Shown: one piece after another, positions 1 to 9,620 of the stretch
Layout: every line of letters starts with the position of its first letter
Position numbering within the stretch: the stretch's first letter is position 1
DNA from: an uncultured Muribaculaceae bacterium
Lineage (GTDB): Bacteria; Bacillota_I; Bacilli_A; RF39; UBA660
DNA length: 43,944 nt
Assembly (NCBI GenBank): GCA_964565085.1
Contig: CAZMCS010000001.1
Coordinates: 1 to 43,944 of the forward strand
Reading direction: 5' to 3'
Notes under the pieces: model-generated
Database searches by the model: none
Told to the model about the DNA's origin: nothing
The model's input: the letters and a program-made list of their open reading frames with translations, nothing else
Program-made: the position numbers and the translations under genes

Positions 1-362
1 TCATCATTCCATTTTTCTTTCATTTCATCTTTATTGATAAAGCATTGATCACTAGTTGTTGTTTCTAATATGTACTCAGAATTCTTATAACTTTTATTTA
101 AAGTATAAGTGCGAGCTGCGACTGCCATTGCCTTTAGTGCTTCAAATTCAAAAGAAGCAGGCATTTCACATGAAACAACTCCTACTATGTAATCTTCAAG
201 ATTCATTTCAATGTTAAAATCATTTTTTGAAATCATAACTTTTTTTATTTCTTTAATTTTCGCTTTTTCAACTATTTCTTTTGATTCATCATGATGTAAA
301 AAAAAGAAGGAAATAAAAAATATAGGTATTAAAAGCAATACTGTTATAATCAAATATTTCAT
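1..362 (-). CDS. spoIID: Stage II sporulation protein D (SpoIID/LytB family). N-terminal part only; the gene runs off the left edge.
   Basis: My own minus-strand translation from the ATG at 362-360 gives MKYLIITVLLLIPIFF (signal/TM) ... EALKAMAVAARTYTLNKSYKNSEY. AVAARTY is the SpoIID-family signature. It is absent from the ORF track because the window edge truncates it. Confidence 0.7.
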   Translation of the reverse strand, partial: MKYLIITVLLLIPIFFISFFFLHHDESKEIVEKAKIKEIKKVMISKNDFNIEMNLEDYIVGVVSCEMPASFEFEALKAMAVAARTYTLNKSYKNSEYILETTTSDQCFINKDEMKEKWND

Positions 363-390
363 ATAAAATTATATACTATATAAACTAAAT

Positions 391-834
391 TTATGCTCTT
401 TTTTCAATACTTTCTATTTCTTTCAATCTTCTTATATGTCTTTCATCTGATGAAAAGGGAGTATATATAAACTTTTCAATTATTTTTACTGCAAGTTCTA
501 TAGGCATATTATGACTAATAGATATTACATTGGCATTATTATGATCTCTTGCAAGAAATGCTTTATCTTCATCAATAATATTTGCACATCTAATTCCTTT
601 TACTTTGTTTGCTGCAATACACATTCCTATTCCTGTTCCACATATTAAAATTCCGAAATCAATTTCATTAGCAACTACTTTATCTGCTACTACTTGAGCA
701 TATAATGGATAATCTACACTCTCTTCAGAATTAGTTCCATAATCAACAAGTTTTTCTACTTTGCCTTTAAAATGAAATATTAACTTTTGTTTTAATAATA
801 CTCCTCTGTGATCATTTGCAATACCTATTCTCAT
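391..834 (-). CDS. rpiB: Ribose-5-phosphate isomerase B (RpiB/LacA/LacB family)
   Basis: 147 aa. MRIGIANDHRG N-terminus and the CGTGIGMCIAANK active-site loop are typical of RpiB. Confidence 0.9.
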   Translation of the reverse strand: MRIGIANDHRGVLLKQKLIFHFKGKVEKLVDYGTNSEESVDYPLYAQVVADKVVANEIDFGILICGTGIGMCIAANKVKGIRCANIIDEDKAFLARDHNNANVISISHNMPIELAVKIIEKFIYTPFSSDERHIRRLKEIESIEKRA

Positions 835-869
835 ATTTATTCACCTATTATTATTATAATATATAAATT

Positions 870-895
870 AAAAAAGTAAACATTATAAGTTTACT
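870..895 (-). terminator. Rho-independent terminator of rpmE; the stem overlaps the stop codon
   Basis: Read on the minus strand: AGTAAAC, 7-nt loop, GTTTACT, then a T-run. On the plus strand the arms are at 875-881 and 889-895, with an A-run at 870-874. Confidence 0.55.
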
Positions 896-1091
896 CTTTA
901 ATTCCATATTTATCTTTAAATTTCTGCACATTACCTGTTTTAGCTGTTTTAAATTTACCTGTGAAGAATGAGTGACACTTATTACAAGTTTCTAATTGCA
1001 TTTCTTCTTTAGATGATTTAACTGTAAATTCATTTCCACATGCACACTTTACTTTGCATTCTTTTAATTCAGGATGTATTCCTTTTTTCAT
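891..1091 (-). CDS. rpmE: 50S ribosomal protein L31
   Basis: 66 aa. MKKGIHPELKECKVKCACGNEF plus a CxxC...CxxC-like zinc motif. Confidence 0.93.
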   Translation of the reverse strand: MKKGIHPELKECKVKCACGNEFTVKSSKEEMQLETCNKCHSFFTGKFKTAKTGNVQKFKDKYGIKE

Positions 1092-1191
1092 TTTTCCCTC
1101 CTCGCCATAACTTTTTAGTTATAGTAAATAACATCAAATGGTATTATACATTATTTTATTCAATAAATCAATTCTTTTTAATCGAAAAGAT

Positions 1192-1932
1192 TTATCTTCT
1201 TTCATATTTTGATATTATCCTTGTAGATATATAATTGTAACCTTCTAAAGATGGGTAAACTATTTTATTACTTGGTAAATAGTAGTTTTTCTTGTTAAAA
1301 CCTTCAGTTATATCAACATAGTAAACTTTTTTAATTTTTTCTGTTTCTATAAATTTATTATTTATATGACTAAATATTGTTTCAACATGTTTTTTTTGTT
1401 CTAAATTAATATTATTTAGTGGATTATAAAAACCTATTATAAATATCTTACAATCATTAAGTTTTCTTATTTTATATAATACATAATAAATATCTTCAAA
1501 CATTTCATCAATATATGAATGAATTGTATTTATCTGATTATTTCTAATATTGCTGTAATTTAATTTATAAAATATATCATTTAAACCAATAGAAAGTGTT
1601 ATTACCTCTGCATTAACTATAGCTTGATTTATATTTATTTTTTTGTTGTTAAAAACAGTTGATTTTCCATTTTGCATATCCTTTATTAAATCAGTAGTTC
1701 TATAATTTCCTTCAATAAATTTATTATTATAGCTTTTTAATTTATTTTTATTTTGAAGATACTGTGCAAAAAAGTCAGTAAAACTTTTCCCATAATTACC
1801 AAATGGTGTTTTTCCCTTAGATAAATCATCTCCAAGTGCTAAATAATCCAGCTTAGAATCAAAAGTATATTTAAAAATTATAAAACATAAAAATAATACA
1901 ATAGATAATATAATGAGTTTCTTAAGATTCAT
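1192..1932 (-). CDS. Membrane-anchored SGNH/GDSL-family hydrolase (lipase/esterase-like)
   Basis: N-terminal TM helix, then YLALGDDLSKG (GDS-like block I), SIGLNDI (block III-like) and a C-terminal hydrolase-like block. The preferred start is the ATG at 1932 (MNLKKLII), preceded by GGGGGAAGG. The track ORF starts at an upstream TTG (1944). Confidence 0.6.
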   Translation of the reverse strand: MNLKKLIILSIVLFLCFIIFKYTFDSKLDYLALGDDLSKGKTPFGNYGKSFTDFFAQYLQNKNKLKSYNNKFIEGNYRTTDLIKDMQNGKSTVFNNKKININQAIVNAEVITLSIGLNDIFYKLNYSNIRNNQINTIHSYIDEMFEDIYYVLYKIRKLNDCKIFIIGFYNPLNNINLEQKKHVETIFSHINNKFIETEKIKKVYYVDITEGFNKKNYYLPSNKIVYPSLEGYNYISTRIISKYERR

Positions 1933-1965
1933 ACCTTCCCCCAACTTGTACTAGCTTAATAAATT

Positions 1966-3219
1966 TTACTCAATTACATCTATTTTAGCACCTATTTTTT
2001 TAAGTTTTTTAATAACATCTTCATAACCCCTTAATATATGTTCTGTATTATCAATTATAGTAGTTCCTTCTGCGATTAAACCCGCTATAAGTAGAGATGC
2101 ACCTGCTCTTAAATCTGTACACAATACTTTTGTTCCTTTTAAATTAGATTTACCTTTTATTTCTAATAAATCATTTTTTAAAAGTGTTGTTAAAGCCCCC
2201 ATTAAATTTAGATATTCTGCATTTCTAAATCTTGTTTCATATATTGTTTCTTCAACAGTTGAGATACCATTAGCTTGTGTTAACAAAGTAGTAAAAGGCT
2301 GTTGTAAATCAGTTGGAAATCCAGGATATACTAAAGTTTTAATATTTGTTGGTTTTAGATTCATACATTTTTTAATAATAATACTTTCATTTTGAATTTC
2401 GAAGTCAACACCTACTTCTTTTAGTTTTATCAATAAAGATTCTAAATGCTCTTTTATTATCTTCTTTATTATTAGTTTCTTAGCTAAAAGTGCACCTATA
2501 ATTAAATATGTTCCAGCCTCTATTCTATCAGGAAAAACTTCAACAACTCCATTATCAAGTATTTTATTTCCGTAAATTACTATTTTATTTGTACCTGCTC
2601 CACTTATTTTCGCACCCATATTTATTAAAAAGGATGCAATATTTACTATTTCTGGTTCTTTTGCAGCATTCTCAATTACAGTTACTCCTTCTGCACTAGT
2701 GGCTGCAATCATAATGTTTATTGTTGCTCCGACACTAGGAAAATCTAAATATATTTTCGTGCCTTTTAACTTCTCTGCTTCTATTATAAACTTTCCCTTA
2801 ACTTGCGTTGTCTTCGCGCCAAGTGCCTGGAATCCTTTTATATGTAAATCAATTGGTCTATTCCCAATTTTACAACCTCCGGGAAAAGATATAGTAACTT
2901 TTTTAAACTTAGCAAGTAAAACTCCCATAAAGTAATAAGATGCTCTCATTTGAACACTTAACTCTTCTGGTATTTCCTTATTTATTACATTAGAAGATTC
3001 TATACACAAAGTATCTCCTTTTTGATTTATTTTACAGTTTAAAAGTTCCATTATTTCTATAATGTGTTTGATATCGCTAATATTTGGAACATTATATATT
3101 ACACTTTTATTGCTTGCTAAAATAGCTACTGGAATTAATGCTACAGCACTGTTTTTAGCGCCACTAATAATTACTTCTCCTTCAAGTGTATTATTACCCT
3201 CAATCTTTATTTTAGACAT
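1966..3219 (-). CDS. murA: UDP-N-acetylglucosamine 1-carboxyvinyltransferase
   Basis: MSKIKIEGNNTLEGEVIISGAKNSAVALIPVAILA and the GGCKIGNRPIDLHIKG active-site Cys loop. The ATG at 3219 follows GAGGTG. The track start at 3249 would overlap fba. Confidence 0.93.
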   Translation of the reverse strand: MSKIKIEGNNTLEGEVIISGAKNSAVALIPVAILASNKSVIYNVPNISDIKHIIEIMELLNCKINQKGDTLCIESSNVINKEIPEELSVQMRASYYFMGVLLAKFKKVTISFPGGCKIGNRPIDLHIKGFQALGAKTTQVKGKFIIEAEKLKGTKIYLDFPSVGATINIMIAATSAEGVTVIENAAKEPEIVNIASFLINMGAKISGAGTNKIVIYGNKILDNGVVEVFPDRIEAGTYLIIGALLAKKLIIKKIIKEHLESLLIKLKEVGVDFEIQNESIIIKKCMNLKPTNIKTLVYPGFPTDLQQPFTTLLTQANGISTVEETIYETRFRNAEYLNLMGALTTLLKNDLLEIKGKSNLKGTKVLCTDLRAGASLLIAGLIAEGTTIIDNTEHILRGYEDVIKKLKKIGAKIDVIE

Positions 3220-3226
3220 CTTCACC

Positions 3227-4057
3227 TCATGCTTTCTTTTCACTTCCAAATACTTTTATAAGATGAGATACAACTTTCTTTATATATTCTTCTGTATTCT
3301 TTTCAATTAAAACAGGGTCATATTGATCTTTTTCTGTTTCTAATATTTCTTTTACTCCTTTTGTCCAAGCTTGTTTTAATTCAGTATTTATATTTATTTT
3401 TGAAATTCCATTTCGTATACATTCTTTAAATATATCATCACTTAACCCTGAGCCTCCGTGCATTACAAGAGGTTTTTTTAAAACATCGTTTATTTCTTTC
3501 ATTCTATTGAAGTTAATAGCAGGTTTCCCTTTATAAGGACCATGAACGCTTCCTAAAGCGGGTGCTATTAAATGAGCTTTAGTTTCTATACTTAATTTTA
3601 AAGCATCGTTTACTTCAGCATAAATAATGCCTTGATCTCCCTGTTTCCCAATAGATCCTATTTCACACTCTATTATAGTCTTTTTATATTTTTTTGTTAA
3701 AAACTTTGTGCCTTCTATATTTTTTTCAAGACTCTCTGAAGAATAATCCAGCATTACCGAGTCAAAACCTGCTTTTATTGCTTTTTCACAAAGTTCAACT
3801 GTCTTTCCGTGATCAAAGTGAAGAATGACAGGTATTGTTAAATTTAAATCTTTTTTTAATCCTTCAACAAAATATTTTACTGTTGTAAATCCACCTAAAT
3901 GATTTGCCACTTTATTACTTACTCCAATAATTACAGGAGACTTTAATCTTTCACATTCTTCAAGAATAAATTTTGCATACACAATATTTACAATGTTAAA
4001 TTGAGGGATTGCATATTTCTCTTTATATGCTTTTAAAATCACATTATAACTTTTCAT
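3227..4057 (-). CDS. fba: Class II fructose-1,6-bisphosphate aldolase family protein
   Basis: AIPQFNIVN, HFDHGK, MLDYS and VMHGGSGL motifs of class II FBA/tagatose-bisphosphate aldolases. The ATG at 4057 follows AAGGATGG. The track ORF begins at an upstream TTG. Confidence 0.85.
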   Translation of the reverse strand: MKSYNVILKAYKEKYAIPQFNIVNIVYAKFILEECERLKSPVIIGVSNKVANHLGGFTTVKYFVEGLKKDLNLTIPVILHFDHGKTVELCEKAIKAGFDSVMLDYSSESLEKNIEGTKFLTKKYKKTIIECEIGSIGKQGDQGIIYAEVNDALKLSIETKAHLIAPALGSVHGPYKGKPAINFNRMKEINDVLKKPLVMHGGSGLSDDIFKECIRNGISKININTELKQAWTKGVKEILETEKDQYDPVLIEKNTEEYIKKVVSHLIKVFGSEKKA

Positions 4058-4119
4058 AAACCATCCTTTATAATACAAATATACATTTTTATTTGTTTTA
4101 AGTCAAATTAAACGAAAAA

Positions 4120-4647
4120 CTATTTACATAGATAATACATTATTAGAAGTGACATTAAAATTATTCCTATTATCTTTGAAATTTTACCAATTCTTTTAGA
4201 AATAAATCTACCTATATTAAATCCTAGATATGTAAAAAACATACTGAAAACTGAAAATACTACACATGCTCCAAATGGAACTGTAGTTATATAAATTAAT
4301 CCTAATCCAATCGTAAAACTATCTATTGAAACAAGAAATGCAAAAAGAAAAATATTACAGAAATTTATATTAAAAGATTCTTGTTTATCTTCAAATGATT
4401 TAATCATTTCAAATAATATAAATATAAATATCGCAGAAATTAAAAATTTAGGACTTATAGGTAATGTATTAATAAAAAAACTTCCAATATACATACCTAT
4501 TAAAGGCATTATAAAATGAAACAATCCTACCAGTAGAGAGATATGCAATTGTTTATTATTTACATCAATAAGTCCATACGCCAATGCAAGACTAAAAGCA
4601 TCTGCACTTATACTTAGTGCTATTAAAATTATTGTTAGAGTTTGCAA
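4120..4647 (-). CDS. MntP/YtaF-like (DUF204) manganese efflux or sporulation membrane protein
   Basis: 175 aa with about 6 TM segments and duplicated SADAF / SIDSF DUF204 motifs. TTG start, downstream of AGGAGG. Confidence 0.65.
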   Translation of the reverse strand: MQTLTIILIALSISADAFSLALAYGLIDVNNKQLHISLLVGLFHFIMPLIGMYIGSFFINTLPISPKFLISAIFIFILFEMIKSFEDKQESFNINFCNIFLFAFLVSIDSFTIGLGLIYITTVPFGACVVFSVFSMFFTYLGFNIGRFISKRIGKISKIIGIILMSLLIMYYLCK

Positions 4648-4686
4648 AATAAAAAAGCCTCCTACATAATTCTATTAAGAGGCTTT
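4648..4686 (-). terminator. Putative terminator of spoIIR that also contains the mntP-like SD
   Basis: AAAGCCTC (4654-4661) pairs with GAGGCTTT (4679-4686). The A-run at 4648-4656 gives a U-run on the minus strand. Confidence 0.45.
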
Positions 4687-4690
4687 CTTT

Positions 4691-5224
4691 TTATAACCCA
4701 AATAACTTATTTATCAACTCAATTATTTTAAATTTATACTCTACTTCTGCTGTTTCTTCTACCTCTAAAAAACAAAGAGGAGGAAACATAACACACCAGA
4801 AATTATCTCCTTTTGCATTACCCAATTCTACAACTAAAGATTCATAATATCCTTCTTTATATATAACATCGTTATATTGCTTTTCCGGAAAGTAATTTAG
4901 ACCATAATTAACTGTAAAAGGCATATTATAATCATTTGATTCCAAAGTATTTTCAACTGTTTCTTTTATCAAACTTAAATTATTATTTATTGCTTTTCTT
5001 GATTCACTTATTTCTTTATAATTTCCTAATAGATGAACTTCTTTCTGAATATTTTGTAATACTTTTTCTTTTATAAAAATATCTTCTACATTATTACTAT
5101 TTGGAACTATTCTAAATCTAATTGAATCCTCTGGAATATACTCATAACTTTCTTTTTTATATAAAAATAATATAAATATAAATATCGCTAATATAATAAT
5201 AAATCTTTTCAAATAAATAACCAA
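4691..5224 (-). CDS. spoIIR: Stage II sporulation protein R (pro-sigma-E processing signal)
   Basis: N-terminal TM/signal, IRFRIVPNSNN and FWCVMFPPLCF motifs characteristic of SpoIIR. The exact start is uncertain: TTG at 5224 or TTG at 5212. Confidence 0.85.
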   Translation of the reverse strand: MVIYLKRFIIILAIFIFILFLYKKESYEYIPEDSIRFRIVPNSNNVEDIFIKEKVLQNIQKEVHLLGNYKEISESRKAINNNLSLIKETVENTLESNDYNMPFTVNYGLNYFPEKQYNDVIYKEGYYESLVVELGNAKGDNFWCVMFPPLCFLEVEETAEVEYKFKIIELINKLFGL

Positions 5225-5260
5225 CCTTTCTAAGTAAGTATTGGTTATTTGTTAAATCTT

Positions 5261-6037
5261 TTATTCATTAATAATAAATAAATATCTATTCCTTCCAGTT
5301 AGATCCTTTTCAATAATGTATTCTTTTCCTTTAAATTTCTTATTAAGATTAAAATTAGATTCTATAGCCAAAATGGATTTGTTTTTTAAGTATTTCTTTG
5401 ATTCTTTAATTATTTTATTAGTATGGTAAAAACCTTCTTCTTTACTAAATATTGCTAACTTGGGTTCATATTTTAATTCTTTTGATAATTTTTCTTTTTT
5501 TGAAACATATGGAGGATTAGATATAATAATATCAAATTTAATATTTTTAATTTTTTTAAACAAATCACTTTTTATTAAATTTATTTTAACATTATTTAAT
5601 TTAATATTTCTCTTAGCGACTTTTAATGCAATGTTAGAAATATCAGATGCATAAACTATTGAATCTTTTAATTCTTTCTTCAAAGAAATTGCAATACAAC
5701 CACTTCCGGTACATAAATCTAAAATTACAGGATTCTTAATTTCTAAATGCTTTATATACTTTAATACTTTTTCAACTAAAAATTCTGTTTCATATCTTGG
5801 AATAAGAACGTTTTTATTAACTGTTATTTTATTTCCACAGAAATTTACATATCCAATTAAATATTGTATTGGATATCCTTTTTTTAAAGCTTTTAAATCC
5901 TTCTTAATATTTTTAGTTACCTTTAATAATTCTTTTGCCTCAATTTTACTTATTCCTAAAGAAACTATTTCATTGATTATATTGTGATTCAATTTTTCTT
6001 TTTTCATCTTCTGCAACAAGTGCTTCAATAATTTCAT
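5261..6037 (-). CDS. prmC: Release factor glutamine N5-methyltransferase (PrmC/HemK)
   Basis: [15 protein letters not shown] motif and NPPY catalytic motif. The start at 6037 follows GGAAGG and overlaps the prfA 3' end by 68 nt. Confidence 0.88.
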   Translation of the reverse strand: MKLLKHLLQKMKKEKLNHNIINEIVSLGISKIEAKELLKVTKNIKKDLKALKKGYPIQYLIGYVNFCGNKITVNKNVLIPRYETEFLVEKVLKYIKHLEIKNPVILDLCTGSGCIAISLKKELKDSIVYASDISNIALKVAKRNIKLNNVKINLIKSDLFKKIKNIKFDIIISNPPYVSKKEKLSKELKYEPKLAIFSKEEGFYHTNKIIKESKKYLKNKSILAIESNFNLNKKFKGKEYIIEKDLTGRNRYLFIINE

Positions 6038-7034
6038 CTAAATGACCTTCCATAACTTTATCTAAGCTCATTACTGTATAATTAATTCTATGATCAGTAA
6101 TTCTATTTTGAGGATAATTATAGGTTCTTATTTTCTCTGACCTATCTCCTGTTCCAATTTTGCTTTTTTTATCTGCCCCAAGAACCTCTTCTTGTTCTCT
6201 TAACTTTATATCATAAAGTTTCGTCTTTAATATGTTCATCGCCTTTTCTTTGTTTTTTAACTGACTTCTTTCGTTTTGACAACTTACTACCACTCCTGTA
6301 GGTAAATGTGTAATTCTAACTGCAGAGTCAGTTGTATTTACACTTTGGCCTCCTGCTCCACTACTTCTATACACATCTATCTTTAAATCTTTATCAAATA
6401 CTTCTACATCAACTTCATCTGCTTCTGGCATTACAACAACTGTAGCAGTTGAGGTATGAACTCTTCCTTGTGTTTCAGTTTCTGGTACTCTTTGAACTCT
6501 ATGTGCTCCACTTTCATATTTAAATTTTGAATATACATCATCACCTTTTAATATAAATTCTACTTGTGAGTATCCTCCACTTTCTCCACCTATTTCAGTT
6601 GTCACTTCAATTTGCCAACCATGTTTCTCTGCATATTTTGAATACATTCTAAATAAGTCTCCGGCAAAAATGTTGGCTTCATCTCCGCCTGCAGCTCCTC
6701 TAATTTCCATTATTACATTTTTTCCATCATTTGGATCTTTAGGTAATAATAAAACTCTTAGAGAGTTCTCTAAATCTTCTTTTCTTTTATTTAAATCTTT
6801 AAGTTCATTCTCTGCAAATTCAAACATATCTTCTTCTTTAAGCATTTCTTTTGCAGTTTCAATATCACTTAATACCACGTCATATTTTTGATAACAGTTT
6901 ACTATTTCTTCCAAGTTATTTTTTTCTTTTGATAATTCTTTCATCTTGATATAATCACTATAAACTTCAGGTTTCATTAATTCGCTATTTAAGTAATCGT
7001 ATCTCTTTTTTATAATTTTCAATCTTTCTTCCAT
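5970..7034 (-). CDS. prfA: Peptide chain release factor 1
   Basis: [23 protein letters not shown] (GGQ), the [14 protein letters not shown] recognition loop and a typical RF1 length of 354 aa. Confidence 0.95.
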   Translation of the reverse strand: MEERLKIIKKRYDYLNSELMKPEVYSDYIKMKELSKEKNNLEEIVNCYQKYDVVLSDIETAKEMLKEEDMFEFAENELKDLNKRKEDLENSLRVLLLPKDPNDGKNVIMEIRGAAGGDEANIFAGDLFRMYSKYAEKHGWQIEVTTEIGGESGGYSQVEFILKGDDVYSKFKYESGAHRVQRVPETETQGRVHTSTATVVVMPEADEVDVEVFDKDLKIDVYRSSGAGGQSVNTTDSAVRITHLPTGVVVSCQNERSQLKNKEKAMNILKTKLYDIKLREQEEVLGADKKSKIGTGDRSEKIRTYNYPQNRITDHRINYTVMSLDKVMEGHLDEIIEALVAEDEKRKIESQYNQ

Positions 7035-7073
7035 TATTTCACCTCATAATTATTTTTAAAAATGAGTGTCTTG

Positions 7074-7508
7074 CTATAATGCGTCGTCTTCTGTTTCTTC
7101 TTCTATTATTACGAAATCTTTTAAATCATCATCTGCTTTATCATCTTCTATATCTTTTGAATCACTGTATATATCATCTTCTGTTTCTTCGTCTATATAT
7201 TCTTCATTTACAATTTCATCTTCTGTTTCATCATATAAAGTATCAATATCTATCTTTGAAGTGTGATTCTCTCTTAAATCCCAATAACCTTTATCCAATT
7301 GAATAAATCTTTTCTCTGTTGCAAGTAAAGTAAAGAAATCAGCAATTTGTTCTGAATATTGTTTTTCACTTAACTCTAAAAGATCACAAATTTTCTTAAA
7401 TAAATCTGTAATTTTTATTTTCTTGCCTTTCTCTTTTAAAATTATATACGCTAAATCATCAAATGGCATTAATTCTAAATTTTCTTTGGATATATCTTTT
7501 AATTTCAT
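7074..7508 (-). CDS. rpoE: DNA-directed RNA polymerase delta subunit
   Basis: N-terminal HARE-HTH-like domain (FDDLAYIILKEKGKKIKITDLF...FFTLLATEKRFIQLDKGYWDLR), followed by a long D/E-rich tail. Confidence 0.85.
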   Translation of the reverse strand: MKLKDISKENLELMPFDDLAYIILKEKGKKIKITDLFKKICDLLELSEKQYSEQIADFFTLLATEKRFIQLDKGYWDLRENHTSKIDIDTLYDETEDEIVNEEYIDEETEDDIYSDSKDIEDDKADDDLKDFVIIEEETEDDAL

Positions 7509-7679
7509 TTTAATCCTCCATTTTTTGTTTTTTTCTTTCTTTTTAAAATTATACTTATTTTTTTAAAGAAATCAAGTATTTTTTATTATGTTTTTATTTT
7601 GTTCATTTTATGTTATTTATTTTGTTATATTTAATCACTTGACTACTCATACTAATTTATAGGTATTAGGTGGTGTTTA

Positions 7680-9620
7680 ATGAATAAATTTTTAATTATT
7701 TCAAAAATATTAATTTTTTTATTTATCAGTTTTATAATAGTCAATATTTCTTTTTATGTGTATGCTTATATCACTCCAAAGTTAGATATTGGTACTGCAA
7801 ACCAAATTCAAATCTATGATAAGGAAAACAATATTGCATTTGAAAATCTTGATGGAACAAAATGGGTTACTATTGATAAGATTTCAAAAAATATTATAAA
7901 TGCTACAATATCTATAGAAGACAAGAATTTTTATAATCATCATGGATTTGATTATTTAAGAATTGTAAAGGCTTTAGCAATTGATTTTATAAATAAATCT
8001 TTGAATCAAGGAGCTTCTACTATATCTCAGCAATATATTAAAAATTTATATTTAGATTTTGATAAAACATGGAGTAGAAAAATAGAAGAAGCACTACTTA
8101 CACTAGAATTAGAGGTACATTATAGTAAAGACGAAATCTTAGAAGGATATTTAAATACTATAAACTATGGCGCGGGAAACTTTGGAATAGGTCCAGCATC
8201 AGAATATTATTTTAATAAAAGCGCGGATAAATTATCTTTAGCCGAAGCTAGTATAATTGTCGGAATACCTAAAAATCCAACTGGATATAATCCTATAACA
8301 AATCTTGATAATGCAAAAAAAAGACAGAAACTAATACTAAATAGTATGGTTAATAATGATATGATTACAAAAGAAGAAGCTGAAAAAGTTTATAATGAAA
8401 AATTAGAATTTTATGGTAAAAAAGATTCAGAAGAATTAGCAAGTCTTTTATATTATAAAGATGCAGTTTTAAGTGAATTAAAAAGTATTAAAACTATTCC
8501 ACATTCGTTATTGGAAACAAAAGGATTAAAAGTATACACAAATCTTGATATTGAAGTACAAAAAAAACTTGAAAATATTATTAATGAAGAGATGGCAAAT
8601 GAAAGTGAACTTCAAGTTGCTTCTATTGTTGTAGAACCTAATACTGGTAAAGTTTTGGCTTTAATTGGAGGAAGAAACTATTCATCTTCTCAATTTAATA
8701 GAGTTACTCAGTCAAAAAGGCAGGTTGGTTCTACTATGAAACCTTTTTTATACTATGCTGCTTTAGAAAATGGATTTACTGCTTCTTCTTCATTTACCAG
8801 TGAAGCAACCACATTCAATGTAGGCAACAATAAAACATATTCTCCTAAGAATTATGGGGAAATTTATGCTAATAAAGAAATCTCTTTAGCGAGCGCTATT
8901 GCATTCTCTGATAATATTTACGCTGTTAAAACTCACTTATTTTTAGGTGAGCAAACATTAGTAGATACTGCTAAAAGAGTTGGAATAACTGCAGAATTGC
9001 AAGCAAATCCTTCTTTACCATTAGGAAGTAATGAAATAAATATGCTTGATTATAGTAATGGTTTTGTTACTTTAGCAAATGAAGGTATAAAGAATAAAAG
9101 TTATTTTATTACTAAGGTAACTGATATGAATGATAAAGTTTTATATGAATTTAATTATGAAGAAGAAACAGTTTTAAATAGTAGATATGTTTATATTTTG
9201 AATGAATTGTTATCAAATACCTATAATTACTCTTTTGTAGATTATACTTCTCCTACTTTGCTTAGCGTAAAATCTATTCTTAGCAAAAAGTATGCTGTTA
9301 AAAGTGGAAGTACAGATACAGATTACTGGACTATCGGTTATAATCCAGATTTGCTTATTATGACTTGGACAGGTTATGATGATAATAAACCTCTTGCAGG
9401 TTCACAATCTAAAATTGCAAAAAGAATATGGGCGAGAACAATGGAAAGCGTTTTAGAAAATAATACAAATAATTGGTATGAAATTCCTAAAGGAATTACT
9501 GCGTCTTTGGTAAATCCATTATCAGGTGAAATTAAAGAAACGGGATCAACCGTTCTACTTTATTATATTAAAGGTACAGAACCTTCAATGAGTGAAGAAA
9601 TATTTAATGGTCTATTTTAA
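7680..9620 (+). CDS. Class A penicillin-binding protein (bifunctional glycosyltransferase/transpeptidase, PBP1A-like)
   Basis: TM anchor. GT51 motifs EDKNFYNHHGFD, GASTISQQ and RKIEEA. Transpeptidase motifs STMKP (SxxK), SDN and KSGST. RBS GGTGGTG lies before the ATG. Confidence 0.92.
   Translation: MNKFLIISKILIFLFISFIIVNISFYVYAYITPKLDIGTANQIQIYDKENNIAFENLDGTKWVTIDKISKNIINATISIEDKNFYNHHGFDYLRIVKALAIDFINKSLNQGASTISQQYIKNLYLDFDKTWSRKIEEALLTLELEVHYSKDEILEGYLNTINYGAGNFGIGPASEYYFNKSADKLSLAEASIIVGIPKNPTGYNPITNLDNAKKRQKLILNSMVNNDMITKEEAEKVYNEKLEFYGKKDSEELASLLYYKDAVLSELKSIKTIPHSLLETKGLKVYTNLDIEVQKKLENIINEEMANESELQVASIVVEPNTGKVLALIGGRNYSSSQFNRVTQSKRQVGSTMKPFLYYAALENGFTASSSFTSEATTFNVGNNKTYSPKNYGEIYANKEISLASAIAFSDNIYAVKTHLFLGEQTLVDTAKRVGITAELQANPSLPLGSNEINMLDYSNGFVTLANEGIKNKSYFITKVTDMNDKVLYEFNYEEETVLNSRYVYILNELLSNTYNYSFVDYTSPTLLSVKSILSKKYAVKSGSTDTDYWTIGYNPDLLIMTWTGYDDNKPLAGSQSKIAKRIWARTMESVLENNTNNWYEIPKGITASLVNPLSGEIKETGSTVLLYYIKGTEPSMSEEIFNGLF

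Noticed and set aside
1040-1234. A 64-aa plus-strand ORF bridging the rpmE and SGNH gene ends.
   Set aside because: It overlaps two convincing minus-strand genes and their intergenic region. It has no SD and an implausible composition.
7509-7679. ATTTTGTT-type short repeats in the rpoE-PBP divergent intergenic region as a regulatory array.
   Set aside because: The repeats are short, imperfect and of T-rich low complexity. They cannot be distinguished from background composition by eye.
9617-9620. Convergent gene pairs whose stop codons overlap as TTAA with no terminator between them: PBP/noc here, and mfd/ppa at 35270-35273.
   Set aside because: This is real but commonplace genome compaction in small AT-rich genomes. 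It is noted only as context for the loss of soj-spo0J next to noc.
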